64,000 nt of DNA from Pseudomonadota bacterium (GTDB lineage Bacteria; Bdellovibrionota; UBA1018). A program made the position numbers and the translations under genes. The notes under the pieces are model-generated. The model made no database searches and was not told the origin of the DNA. It saw nothing but the letters and a program-made list of their open reading frames with translations. Shown piece by piece: positions 36,694-46,916 of the stretch; the first letter of the stretch is position 1; each line of letters starts with the position of its first letter. Location: positions 194,408 through 258,407 of the forward strand of contig JAIXQO010000004.1 of NCBI GenBank assembly GCA_027485695.1, given 5' to 3'.

Positions 36694-38543
36694 TCCTTCT
36701 CTAAACTCTGGGGGCGCCCTTTTTGGCGCTGCATTTTTTCTTGGAGCTCTTTCTCTTTTCGGGAAAGTTCGTTCATGACTTCGGCTGCTGCCTGGGCATC
36801 GAGCTTCTCGGATTTGAATTCGCGTTTTTGTCCGACGCCTTTGTAATCTCCTGATTTTTGGCCTTTTTCTTGACCCTCAGGCTTTTGATTTTTTTTGCTT
36901 TCGGATTCGGAAGAATCCTTTTTATCTTCGCCCGACTTGTCGTTCGGTTTCGATTCGGATTTCGAACCATCTTTTTTGTCTTCGGACTTTTCATCTTTCT
37001 CATCCGAAGACGATGACTGGGATTGCGACTGGGCGGCACGAAGGAGTGCTTGCTGTGACTGCTCTAGAAGCTTGGAATCCCCCGATCGCTTGGCGTCGTC
37101 GATGGACTTGAGGTACTGCTCGATTGCGCCGTTCATATCTTTGGCTTTTTCGAGGGCTAACCCGGCATTGAACGAAGACTTGGCCGCATCGGCAGGGCGG
37201 TTCTGCGCGCGGAATGCGTCTGCAGCTCCGCTGAAACTTTCCGAGGCGCGTTTGGCATCTTGCTCCAGGCTCATGACGGATCCTTGGTTAAAGAGCAGTT
37301 CCGGAGACTCTGGATCCGAGAGTTGAGCCTGTTTCAAAGCTTCGCGAGCGCGAGGGTAGTCTTTGCCCTCGATGCTTTTCATTGCTTCACGATTGCCCAG
37401 GTACCCGCCCAGCGTCGTATCGGCATGAACTCGAGTCGAGATCAAAACTCCAAGCAAGATCGCCGCTACAGCTGGAAGCTTGCGACGTTTACGTCCACCC
37501 AGAATGAACCAGAATAGTACCATCACCGCACCGCCCAGCGGCCATTGGAAACGCTCTTGTCGGGTCACTACTTTTTGTTCCTGGCGACTTCCACGCGATA
37601 GTCCATCCAGCGCGGCGAGAAACGATTCCATTTCTCGTTCGCCGGAACCCAAGGTCCAATACTGACCATTCAGAGGACTTGCGATCTCCTTGAGGACTTC
37701 TGGATGAAACCGGCTCATCACCGTCTCTCCCCGTTGATCCCGCTTATAACCGACACGAAGTCCGTTCGGATCACGGACTGGGATCGGAACTCCTGTCTCC
37801 GTTCCCACGCCAAACGCAAAAAAACTCACGGCGTTTTGCTTCAAAAGATCGATCGTCGCACCAATATGCTCTTCGTGATCCTCACCATCACTGACGAGTA
37901 GGATTACACGACTTGCCGCCGAGTTCGGTTGATCGGCCGAACCGAGCTGCTCGGCTCCCCGATTCAATGTATCCACGCTCGTTTTGAGAGCGGCGCCTAA
38001 GTCAGTACCTTGATTCGAAACGAGCGTCGGCGAGAGTCCCTCGATCACCTCGAGCAAATAGTCGTAGTCATTGGTCAGCGGGCTTTGGAGGTGCGCTGAA
38101 CCGGCAAAAGCAACGATTCCCACGCGATCTCCCGCTAAGCGAGAAACCATCTGTTTCAGCACGTACTTCACTTTTTTGAGCCGAGTCGGAACGACGTCCT
38201 CGGCCTCCATGCTGTTCGACACGTCAACGGCGACCACAATATCCAAGCCCGAAGTCTGATGTTTCTCCTCGATCACGCCCCACTGAGGCCGCGCCAGCGC
38301 CAGGCAGAGGAAAACCGCGATGATCGAAACCATCCGCAAATCTCGCTCCGCGCGTTCATACGGGATCGCACTCATCGCGCGTCCCCAGAGAGACTCGGAG
38401 ATAAATTTTTCGAACTGCTTACGTTCGCTCACGATCCGCTGTTTCACAAAAAAGAAAAAGACCAGGGCACCGAGGGCGCCCAAGATCCATTTGGCTTTGA
38501 AGAAAACGATCGGACCGAGCGATATCACGCGACGACCCTCCAC
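36687..38543 (-). CDS. BatB (vWA) - BatC (TPR) fusion protein with a Lys/Ser/Asp/Glu-rich tail
   Basis: N-terminal TMs, a vWA MIDAS region (DVSNSMEAED), a second TM, TPR repeats, then low-complexity KSEDKKDGSKSESKPNDKSGEDKKDSSESESKKNQK. Confidence 0.7.
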   Translation of the reverse strand: MEGRRVISLGPIVFFKAKWILGALGALVFFFFVKQRIVSERKQFEKFISESLWGRAMSAIPYERAERDLRMVSIIAVFLCLALARPQWGVIEEKHQTSGLDIVVAVDVSNSMEAEDVVPTRLKKVKYVLKQMVSRLAGDRVGIVAFAGSAHLQSPLTNDYDYLLEVIEGLSPTLVSNQGTDLGAALKTSVDTLNRGAEQLGSADQPNSAASRVILLVSDGEDHEEHIGATIDLLKQNAVSFFAFGVGTETGVPIPVRDPNGLRVGYKRDQRGETVMSRFHPEVLKEIASPLNGQYWTLGSGEREMESFLAALDGLSRGSRQEQKVVTRQERFQWPLGGAVMVLFWFILGGRKRRKLPAVAAILLGVLISTRVHADTTLGGYLGNREAMKSIEGKDYPRAREALKQAQLSDPESPELLFNQGSVMSLEQDAKRASESFSGAADAFRAQNRPADAAKSSFNAGLALEKAKDMNGAIEQYLKSIDDAKRSGDSKLLEQSQQALLRAAQSQSQSSSSDEKDEKSEDKKDGSKSESKPNDKSGEDKKDSSESESKKNQKPEGQEKGQKSGDYKGVGQKREFKSEKLDAQAAAEVMNELSRKEKELQEKMQRQKGRPQSLEKDW

Positions 38544-39508
38544 ACGAAACGAGAGAACAGAATTTCAAGGAGAAGGAAACCAAGTGCTAAGACGGCGACG
38601 AGCTGAAACCGCTCGTCGTAGCGAATTTTTTCTTTGACCTTGAGTTCCGATTTCTCCAAGTGATTGATCTCGGAAAAAACTTCATCGAGCGTTTTCTCAT
38701 CCTGAACCCGATAGAATTTACCGTTGGTCGCAGCCGAGATTTGCTGAAGCAGTTCCGTGTTGAGTGCGTTGTCGAACCACTGATAGTTCGTGACCACGTC
38801 GCCGGTAAAAGTCTTGCGGCGGATCGGGAGTTTCACCCGCCCCTCACGACCAATTGCGATCGTATAGACCTTGATGCCGAAACCCGCTGCAAGGTCTCCT
38901 GCCGTCAATGGATCCACTTGGCCGATGTTGCTGTCTCCGTCCGTGAGCAAAATAATGACTCGACTCTTGGCCGTCGAATTTCTCAAGCGATTCACGCCGA
39001 GCGCGAGGCCATCACCAATCGCGGTACCGTCTTTCAGTACGCCCGTCTCTACCTTGCGAAGCTCCTGAAGAACGAGGCCATAGTCGAGGGTCGGAGGAGA
39101 AAGAGTGAGTGGCTCCCCGCTAAATACGACGAACCCGATGCGATCGTTGTCGCGGCCCCGGATGAAATCTTCCATCGTTCGTTTTGCGATATCGAGTCGT
39201 GGTTTTTCACCGAGATCTTCGATGTTCATGGAAGCTGAAACGTCCATAATCATCAGAATGTCGATACCACTCGTCTGCCGCTCGGTTTCCCGGGAACTCG
39301 ATTGCGGACGTGCGGCTGCTACCACCAGTAGAACCACCGCAACGACTCGTAGAATCTGGAGCACCAAAGGTACAAAACCGCTCTGCATATCGACGGGGAT
39401 CGACTTGCCGGTGTAAACGCGCGACTCCACTTGGCGTTTCTTCGACCAAAACCAAAGCCACGCAAGCGGGATCAGAATCAGGAGTACCCAAGGATCCGCG
39501 AGTCTCAT
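38525..39508 (-). CDS. batA: BatA-like vWA-domain membrane protein
   Basis: Two N-terminal TMs, a vWA domain with MIDAS (DVSASMNIEDL), and a C-terminal TM. Confidence 0.75.
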   Translation of the reverse strand: MRLADPWVLLILIPLAWLWFWSKKRQVESRVYTGKSIPVDMQSGFVPLVLQILRVVAVVLLVVAAARPQSSSRETERQTSGIDILMIMDVSASMNIEDLGEKPRLDIAKRTMEDFIRGRDNDRIGFVVFSGEPLTLSPPTLDYGLVLQELRKVETGVLKDGTAIGDGLALGVNRLRNSTAKSRVIILLTDGDSNIGQVDPLTAGDLAAGFGIKVYTIAIGREGRVKLPIRRKTFTGDVVTNYQWFDNALNTELLQQISAATNGKFYRVQDEKTLDEVFSEINHLEKSELKVKEKIRYDERFQLVAVLALGFLLLEILFSRFVWRVVA

Positions 39509-40407
39509 TTCGCCTCCCCGGGGGATAAAACGGGTTCAGGTGATACCGGCGTTGAGCTTGCAGTGATGAATGCCACTAACTGACTATGCACGGCCCGAAT
39601 CTCATCTTCGGTCGGAGCAAAATCAGTGAACTTGACCAAATCCAGCACCTGAAAAATGGACCGGAGTTCACCGTTCTGAGAGGCGATCAGTTTCCCATCG
39701 AGCCTTTGAAACAACTCAGTAGTCGTCGATTCTTCGGCCGGGATCCCGTACGCAAAACTGAGATAGGTCTTGAGTCGATCCGACAGCAAATGGCAAAGCG
39801 CTTTGTATTTACGCTCTTGAAACGACGGAATCCCTTCGAGCTTACGGATTTCATCCAAGACCTTTTGTGTCGGCGTCCGAAGATCCACCACAGCAAGCGC
39901 GGAATTCCTCCTGGAATAGCGAACCAACGCATAAACGATGCCACCCAAAATAAGGAGCGCGGCAAGCACCCCGCCCCAAATCCAGAGGCGAGGAAACCGA
40001 AGCATGAGCGGATCATACGGCTTCAGCTCTTCGGAATTCTGTCCAGGGCCGACCACTTGAACCGTAAATGAGTTGGTCTTACCGATCTCAGTGCCATCGA
40101 CCGACTTGATCGTAAAAGGGGGAACCGCCACTTCTCCCGTCTTCAGGAAGAAGATCAGCGATCCACGAACGAGCGCGATATCATTTTTTTCGGTCGCGAA
40201 GGTGATCCCTGAGTCGAGTGCTAGCGCGATCTCGCTACCATCCACGGAAGTGGCTTGAAACGGCACACCGACGCCCAGCTCGATCTGGCTGATCGCCGAA
40301 TCGAGTTGTATTGAGTAGCGTGATGCGCTTTTGGGCGTTTCAGCGGCGACGAGAACGTGCGCCGAAAAAAAGCACCAAGCGACGAAAAAGATCGTCTTCG
40401 GTTTCAA
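39505..40407 (-). CDS. hypothetical membrane protein of the Bat/MoxR operon
   Basis: 300 aa with a signal peptide and an internal TM (IWGGVLAALLILGGIVYALV). It sits between DUF58 and batA, as in other Bat loci. Confidence 0.4.
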   Translation of the reverse strand: MKPKTIFFVAWCFFSAHVLVAAETPKSASRYSIQLDSAISQIELGVGVPFQATSVDGSEIALALDSGITFATEKNDIALVRGSLIFFLKTGEVAVPPFTIKSVDGTEIGKTNSFTVQVVGPGQNSEELKPYDPLMLRFPRLWIWGGVLAALLILGGIVYALVRYSRRNSALAVVDLRTPTQKVLDEIRKLEGIPSFQERKYKALCHLLSDRLKTYLSFAYGIPAEESTTTELFQRLDGKLIASQNGELRSIFQVLDLVKFTDFAPTEDEIRAVHSQLVAFITASSTPVSPEPVLSPGEAK

Positions 40408-41215
40408 TGCTCAGATCCTCCACTTTTGACCGCAGAAAAACAGAACGTAAGTCTTTTTCTTTTTTCTCGGCTTTGATTTTCTGCCAGTTCTGAAATCGGT
40501 AAGATGACGTATCGACCAGCGAGACCTTACCCGTTTCTGGGTCTTCGAGTCGAATCCATCCGATGGGTGGAATACGCTCTTCTTGCGCATTGAACGCACG
40601 GACGGCGATCACGTCATGTCCGTGCCCCAGCGGTAGCAATTGGTCCTCGTAATTTTTTGCTTCGAAATCACTAAGGATGAATACAACACCCGTATGTTTC
40701 AGGATTTGATTCGCCCGTGAGAGGGCGAGATCCAGACGAGAACCTCGATCAGATGCCGGCTCCGCGAAACAAGCGGCTAGCACTCGATGAAGTGCGGCTT
40801 TGCCTTTTTTGGGCGGAAGCGTTTCAACCACGCCCTCGGCAAACGTGACGATTCCGATTTTGTCTCCGGCGATCGTCGCCGCATGAGCAAGCATCGCTGC
40901 CGTTTCACGCAACAAATCTCGTTTGGTTGTGCGGCTCGTTCCAAACGATCCTGATCGCGACAAATCAAGCACCAGAAGAATCGAGAGCTCCCGCTCCTCT
41001 TCGTACTTCTTCATCAACGGGTCCCGAGTGCGTGCGCTCGCCTTCCAGTCAATGTGACGGACGTCGTCTCCCGGGATATATTGTCGATGCTCAGAAAACT
41101 GGAGACCCTGGCCTTTGAAAGGACTCTTAAATGAACCGCTCAGCGATTCATCCAAAAGCCGTTTCGTCCGGACCTCGAGCAGCCGAGCTTTTTTGGCGAT
41201 CTCGGTTGAGTCCAT
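40340..41215 (-). CDS. DUF58 domain protein (MoxR partner)
   Basis: Carries the DDVRHIDWKASART....LLVLDLSRSGSFG signature of DUF58. Confidence 0.8.
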   Translation of the reverse strand: MDSTEIAKKARLLEVRTKRLLDESLSGSFKSPFKGQGLQFSEHRQYIPGDDVRHIDWKASARTRDPLMKKYEEERELSILLVLDLSRSGSFGTSRTTKRDLLRETAAMLAHAATIAGDKIGIVTFAEGVVETLPPKKGKAALHRVLAACFAEPASDRGSRLDLALSRANQILKHTGVVFILSDFEAKNYEDQLLPLGHGHDVIAVRAFNAQEERIPPIGWIRLEDPETGKVSLVDTSSYRFQNWQKIKAEKKEKDLRSVFLRSKVEDLSIETEDDLFRRLVLFFGARSRRR

Positions 41216-41229
41216 TGATCTCCTCGACC

Positions 41230-42246
41230 TTACGGTACTTCGACCTGTTCGAGAATCTTACGGATCACGGCCTCTGAATCGATACCTTCGGCCTCGGCTT
41301 CGAACGTCAAAATCAAACGATGCCTAAGCACATCATAAACCACACTCTTAACGTCTTCTGGGGTCACGAATGCTCGGTGCTGAATGAACGCGTTCGCCCG
41401 TGCGGTCTTGGCGAGTGCGATCGTTGCCCGCGGGCTTGCGCCGACCTGAATCCATTTCTTGATGGACTCGAGCCCGACTTTCTCGGGGAAACGCGTCGCA
41501 AAGATCAGCTTGATGATGTAGTCCTTGACCTTCTCGTCCATGAAAATCTGGCCGATCAGTTTCCGCGCGGCGAGAACTTTGTCTGGATGGCAGACCTTGT
41601 TGATTTTGATCTCTTGGAACGAAGTCATCCGGTTTAGGATGATTTTCTCTTCTTCCATGTTTGGATAGCCGACCCGGACCTTAAACAGGAAACGATCGAG
41701 TTGGGCTTCTGGGAGTGGGTAAGTCCCCTCTTGCTCAATTGGGTTTTGCGTCGCCAGCACCGTGAAAAGCTCAGGGAGATCGTAAGTCGTTTCGCCGATC
41801 GTCACTTGGTGCTCACCCATTGCTTCGAGAAGCGCGCTTTGAACTTTGGCGGGAGCCCGGTTGATCTCGTCGGCAAGAACAAGGTTCGAGAAAATCGGAC
41901 CTTTGCGAGGAGTGAAATCGCCGTTCTTTTGATTGAAGATCATCGTCCCGACGAGGTCGCTGGGGAGCAGATCGGGGGTGAACTGGATTCGGCTGAAATC
42001 GGCATGAATCACGTTCGCGAGCGTTTTGATCGTCAGGGTCTTCGCTAATCCCGGAAGTCCTTCCAACAAAACATGGCCGTCACAAAGTAGAGCCATCAGG
42101 AGGCGTTCCAAGAGGATCCTCTGACCCACGACGATGTGGGAGGTCTCTGCGAAGATTTCATCGATGAATTGGCTTTTCTGGCGGATTTCCGCGGTCAGGG
42201 TCTGGAGATCGGTGGCTTGAGACATATAACCTGATTCTCCGCCCAC
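41230..42246 (-). CDS. MoxR-family AAA+ ATPase
   Basis: Walker A LLEGLPGLAKT, Walker B/sensor motifs and a MoxR-specific C-terminus. Confidence 0.9.
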   Translation of the reverse strand: MGGESGYMSQATDLQTLTAEIRQKSQFIDEIFAETSHIVVGQRILLERLLMALLCDGHVLLEGLPGLAKTLTIKTLANVIHADFSRIQFTPDLLPSDLVGTMIFNQKNGDFTPRKGPIFSNLVLADEINRAPAKVQSALLEAMGEHQVTIGETTYDLPELFTVLATQNPIEQEGTYPLPEAQLDRFLFKVRVGYPNMEEEKIILNRMTSFQEIKINKVCHPDKVLAARKLIGQIFMDEKVKDYIIKLIFATRFPEKVGLESIKKWIQVGASPRATIALAKTARANAFIQHRAFVTPEDVKSVVYDVLRHRLILTFEAEAEGIDSEAVIRKILEQVEVP

Positions 42247-42258
42247 CTCTCAGGGTCG

Positions 42259-45200
42259 TCAACGCGGAAGCTGTCTTGCCGCCGTCATTAAAAACTTTTG
42301 AAAATCATTTGATCCGAAACTTATCATCAAGCGTCGAAGAGTCGCCGCTGCCGCTTTCGGATCCTGACGGATCCAATCCGCCATCCGCGCCACGGATGGT
42401 CCACTGAGTGAATCGGAAATCCACCGCTCACGGGCGTTCCGAGCGGAGGCCGACCGGATGGTTCCGTCATTTTCAGACAAATAGCCGGTGAACTCCCGAA
42501 GCATCCCGACAATTCTTTGACGATCCGCTACACTCCAATTCGGAAGAGATCCTAGATTCCCAGATTCCCCCAAAACCGCGAACGCCCACTCGACGACGAA
42601 TCGCGTCTCCAACTCCGTTTTCCAAAGCCCATTCATGACCCGGTCAAATGCAGCACTTCGTGGCGCTTCTTCCTGGTCGCTCAGAGCCAGCACCTCTTCG
42701 AAACTATTTTTGAGATCCGCAGCCGACAGTGTTTTTGCCTGATCGATCCAGTTCCCCACCGATACCCACTCCGAATCTGGGGAGGCGGCCAACCGATCAG
42801 CGATGATTTTTATCGTTCCACTCGGCATATATCGCGAAAAGAGTAGTCCACCTTCGAGCGCGGTTTGCACGGTTTCAAACGATATGTCGCTACGGAGTAA
42901 ATTCTCTAAGATCGGCGTTCTCGCAGCGAACTTCAGCAGTTCACCGACGGACACTGCAAAATCTGGATCCGCAAAAAGCCGAGTCATGGCCCGTTCACCA
43001 CTCACGCGCTGAGCTTCATAAATCCGTTCGGAAAAAATCCGCGAAACCGCGTGGATCACTCCCAGCTGTCCGGCTTGAGTGAGCGTCGAAATCGAACCGG
43101 CATCCCAAAACTGAAATGCGATTTCTCGGATGATCTTGATTCCCGGCACTCGACTACCCGCTTGGACTTCAAGCTCCTCTCGGAGCAGCGGGAATGTTTG
43201 GTGAATCTGGAATAGTCTTGCCTTGATTCGATTCGGAACCGGTGCGCGGAACCAGTGGCGTGGATCTTTGGGTATGCCCAAGCCATCCGCGAGGTTGTCG
43301 CAATTATCGATTTTCGGCAGACCACCGAGACCTTCATACTGCTTCAACATCGATTCCAGCTCATAAACGACGTCTACGAGTCGTTTCGGCTGAGACGAAA
43401 CATAGCGTTCACGGATCGATGCGGGCCACGTCTCACGAGGCTCATCACCCCATGCCAGCGCGAACTCGGTCATGAACTTTTCGGCAAAATTACCGGGTAG
43501 CACGAACTTGAAATCCGCCGACTGAAGCAACAACTCCAAACGTTCGAGATTCGTGAATACTCCGACCCGTGTGGTACCGAGTGGCACATCGTAAATCGAG
43601 ATCGGTTGGGCGGATTCGGAGGACCGTGAAATAAACTGATAAAGGTCCGACGCCGTGAATCGCTTTTGATCACTCTTGCGCTCACCTGGAGCGAGACTAA
43701 ACGCGCGGATCATTCCTTGAACAGCCTGAGATCCTTCACTACTCGCGAGCGCGCCCAAGAAATTCCTCCACTCACCCGTACCTCTATGAGGGAGAGCTGT
43801 CATCCATTGGGAGCGGATCTCACGGGTGCGCGCCTGAATCTGAGTTTCGTCGATCACGCATTCCTTGGCGCGTAGATATTTCGACATCTGCTCCGTGCCC
43901 GGAAAAGCCGCAAGCGACGGAATCGTGTAACTTCGTTTCGTTCCATCCAGCAATCGACGCAAATCTGCGAAAAAGGTCGCATCCCGCGTGAGCGTCGCGA
44001 GTCGAACCAGAATCGTATGCCCGCCTTCTGAAACCTTGTTCATTGCTTGCGAGAGTGACCGCACGAGTGGTTCGGCGAACGTGTCAATAGCCGCTCCGCC
44101 ACGATTGATCAATACACCCAAATCACCGGACTCGATGAACTCCCGAAATCCCGGAAGCATCACGCGGAACTGATCACGGTCCCAAGGCCATTTGGAAAAC
44201 GTTTCGATAAATGGACGAAATAGCCCTCGGTCCTCGAGTCCCTGATAATGGGCAGCGAGCTCGGCTGGGCGACCGAGACAAAGAAAATAGTCTGCGAATT
44301 GACTTTCCCACTTTTGATCGTATTTCAACCGACGACAGGCTTGATCTTGCGCCGACTGCGACGGTTGATAGACGAGCTTTGGAAAATCAGATTCAGCTCG
44401 ACGATGAAAATCCATACGAGTCGTCCAAGACTCCCGTCGCGATAAATCAAATCGCACCTCATTAGACGAACGAAACAACTTAAAGACGTCTAGAATCAGA
44501 CCACTGAGGCGATCGTCACGCGATAGTTCCCAAAGAAATTTGATTCCCGCTCCTGCTCGATCGGACTTGAATAACTCTGGCGCATCTTGCCAGCGAACCT
44601 CGAGCATCGCCGAGTGAATACCAGAAAACCAAGGATGCTGCGAACCGCGAACAAAAATAGCTTGGAGCGCTCCGGCGCTCTCGGACATTCGTGCGGGCTC
44701 CGCTACTTGCGCAAGTGCAGAGACCAAACCCGCCGTTTGCTCCACTTGGTTTTCGGTGAGAACGACCTCTCCGCCGATGAGATCGCGCGCGACGCTGAGA
44801 AGATCTTCGGCATCCGCGTCGTTCATCGAAGAAATCGCCAAAATCGCAGGCGTCAGTACCTCCGCGCGGTTCAATTCGGAGAACAACAGCACGATATCTT
44901 CTCGATGGCTCGACATGAACCGGCTTAAGTCGTAAGCGATTCCGGCTTCAGTCAATCGATGAACCCATTCAAGCGCTGGTTCACCGATATTCGAAGTCGC
45001 TAGATCAAAGAAGTTTGGGAACTCCTGGTAGAATCCCGGCGGTACCGCGCAGAAATCTCGGATCACCAGTGCAGTCGTTGCCGCGAAATGTGTGACGAAT
45101 TCATTGAGCTCGAGATTGGGCTTTTGCTTAAACTCTTCGTTGATGAATTTCCAGGCGTCGTCGAAACGACGACCATCGTTCATGCAACTCACGGGAGCAT

Positions 45201-46080
45201 TTAGGCTTGAGACTAATCGCAATACTTGATCCAAGCGTCGTGCTTGATCTGAACCTAGTGTTCTCAGCACCAGTTCCGCGGCTGCAAAACGCGACTGGAA
45301 CTCGGAGGAATCCCGTCCGAGAATCTGGCGGAATAGATTCACTAACTCACGCGGACTCATTCGCGTCGCTATTGCTTGGGCGGAAGCATCCCGTTTGAAT
45401 GCTTGCGTGATTCTAGACGTGGCCTGAATGATTCGTTTTCGAACATCCTCAGGTGGATTGAATCTGAGCACCGCGGTTCGCATGGACGCGTAGCTCGGCT
45501 GTTTCATCATTCGCTCTAAGGCATGGATCGCACGGTACGCCTGTTCGGGAGTCAGTCGCCGAAGCTTGTTTCTTACCTCGGCGTTATTGTTCGTGTTGAG
45601 ATGCGAAACAGCGCGCGCGATCGCGTCACCTTCTTCAAATACGGTGAACAAACGCTTAAGAAAAGACTCCAGCTCGCCAGACTCTTGGAGTTGTTCTAGA
45701 ATCGACCGAGACTCTTCGCGAGGCGCTCCCGGTGCAAAAAGAAAACGATTTAAAGTGTCAACGAGCGGTGCAACCGCCTGATCCGAAGAAGCAGAGATCC
45801 AATCCACGAGCGGTTGGATCGAACCATTTGAATTGAAACATTGAAGGAGGCCACGAAACTCCGCGGTCGTTAATCGATCTCCGGCAAGATCCAAGCTTGG
45901 ACAAGAAGGCCGACCTTCGCGGGAACCACGCTGCGCCTCCAGACGAGAATCTCCCTTTTTCCCAGAGAACATGCTCGGGGAACACGAGGAGAGAACGAGC
46001 GCCGTAGTGACGAGTAAAAACCGAATTAAGCCCATGAATTCAAGGCCCGAGCCTAGACTAGAGGCCCCATCGTTGACCAA
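42259..46080 (-). CDS. giant (≈1250-1273 aa) predicted lipoprotein of unknown function, first gene of the MoxR-Bat operon region
   Basis: The likely start is MGLIRFLLVTTALVLSSC (lipobox LSSC) at ~46035. The remainder is alpha-rich and Arg/Leu/Glu-rich with no recognisable domain. Confidence 0.5.
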   Translation of the reverse strand: MVNDGASSLGSGLEFMGLIRFLLVTTALVLSSCSPSMFSGKKGDSRLEAQRGSREGRPSCPSLDLAGDRLTTAEFRGLLQCFNSNGSIQPLVDWISASSDQAVAPLVDTLNRFLFAPGAPREESRSILEQLQESGELESFLKRLFTVFEEGDAIARAVSHLNTNNNAEVRNKLRRLTPEQAYRAIHALERMMKQPSYASMRTAVLRFNPPEDVRKRIIQATSRITQAFKRDASAQAIATRMSPRELVNLFRQILGRDSSEFQSRFAAAELVLRTLGSDQARRLDQVLRLVSSLNAPVSCMNDGRRFDDAWKFINEEFKQKPNLELNEFVTHFAATTALVIRDFCAVPPGFYQEFPNFFDLATSNIGEPALEWVHRLTEAGIAYDLSRFMSSHREDIVLLFSELNRAEVLTPAILAISSMNDADAEDLLSVARDLIGGEVVLTENQVEQTAGLVSALAQVAEPARMSESAGALQAIFVRGSQHPWFSGIHSAMLEVRWQDAPELFKSDRAGAGIKFLWELSRDDRLSGLILDVFKLFRSSNEVRFDLSRRESWTTRMDFHRRAESDFPKLVYQPSQSAQDQACRRLKYDQKWESQFADYFLCLGRPAELAAHYQGLEDRGLFRPFIETFSKWPWDRDQFRVMLPGFREFIESGDLGVLINRGGAAIDTFAEPLVRSLSQAMNKVSEGGHTILVRLATLTRDATFFADLRRLLDGTKRSYTIPSLAAFPGTEQMSKYLRAKECVIDETQIQARTREIRSQWMTALPHRGTGEWRNFLGALASSEGSQAVQGMIRAFSLAPGERKSDQKRFTASDLYQFISRSSESAQPISIYDVPLGTTRVGVFTNLERLELLLQSADFKFVLPGNFAEKFMTEFALAWGDEPRETWPASIRERYVSSQPKRLVDVVYELESMLKQYEGLGGLPKIDNCDNLADGLGIPKDPRHWFRAPVPNRIKARLFQIHQTFPLLREELEVQAGSRVPGIKIIREIAFQFWDAGSISTLTQAGQLGVIHAVSRIFSERIYEAQRVSGERAMTRLFADPDFAVSVGELLKFAARTPILENLLRSDISFETVQTALEGGLLFSRYMPSGTIKIIADRLAASPDSEWVSVGNWIDQAKTLSAADLKNSFEEVLALSDQEEAPRSAAFDRVMNGLWKTELETRFVVEWAFAVLGESGNLGSLPNWSVADRQRIVGMLREFTGYLSENDGTIRSASARNARERWISDSLSGPSVARMADWIRQDPKAAAATLRRLMISFGSNDFQKFLMTAARQLPR

Positions 46081-46144
46081 TGGATTCGGTGCGACAAAAG
46101 CTTGATGAGTCTCGCTAAGTTAGGCTTCGTTCCTCAGTGTGGAC

Positions 46145-46780
46145 CTAGCGCACTCGCTCGAACTCACACGAGATCTCTTGTTGGCGCATGTTCACGTCGC
46201 CTTGAATGACCGTCTTAGTCTGCGAATGGAACGAGAGGCGGTTACGATCAGGAGAGATGGTCCAAGCCCCCGTCTCGACTTCGTTCTCCCAGTAAGGTTT
46301 CGCGTGAGCATCTGGATTGAACAAGTCGAAACCCGGAACCGGGTAATGGTAAGGCACGATTTTGCGATCGGTCGTTTTCACTTGAAAGGCGATTGAGTTC
46401 GAACTCGAGATGGTCTGCACTGAGACTTTTGTCCGGGCCTCGAACCAGCCGTTTTTCTGAGCGGTCTCCCCGGATTTTGGATAGATCGTCGTATAAACGG
46501 TACTCTCATCCGTACGGCTCCAGGTGAATCCGCTGCAATCGGACATCATTTGTTGGATGCGAATACCTTGATTCGCATGAATGCTCACGGACCCCGAAGT
46601 GACTGAGAAATCCATGGCGTGCCCTGGTGTGGCGAGCGCTTGCGACAGTTCGGTGGCGTCGACAACCGTGCAACCACGATTCGACAAACGGTAGTCACCC
46701 GCAAACTTCGGGCAGTCCGCATGAGCGAGTGAAGCAAAGCCGAAAATGACGAACGCCAGAGCAAAAGATCGGATTTTCAT
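46145..46780 (-). CDS. secreted hypothetical protein
   Basis: 211 aa with a signal peptide MKIRSFALAFVIFGFASLAHA|D and several Cys. Confidence 0.4.
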   Translation of the reverse strand: MKIRSFALAFVIFGFASLAHADCPKFAGDYRLSNRGCTVVDATELSQALATPGHAMDFSVTSGSVSIHANQGIRIQQMMSDCSGFTWSRTDESTVYTTIYPKSGETAQKNGWFEARTKVSVQTISSSNSIAFQVKTTDRKIVPYHYPVPGFDLFNPDAHAKPYWENEVETGAWTISPDRNRLSFHSQTKTVIQGDVNMRQQEISCEFERVR

Positions 46781-46916
46781 CTAGTGAATATGTATGAAAT
46801 CGATCGAGGCCCTCCATCTGGAACTCCCGTTTTTATCCTGGGAGTCAGCAATAGTGTTTCAAATTTACTGAATCATTTATATGAAAACAGGTCCACGGAA
46901 CGGACTCATTCACGAG

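Noticed and set aside
35236-36846. 353-aa and 181-aa + strand ORFs antisense to batD
   Set aside because: BatD reads through on the minus strand with a signal peptide and domains. The + strand ORFs are Arg-rich shadows.
46781-46916. Inverted repeat actccc/gggagt downstream of dnaB as a terminator
   Set aside because: The stem is short at 6 bp and is not followed by a T-run on either strand, so the evidence is too weak.
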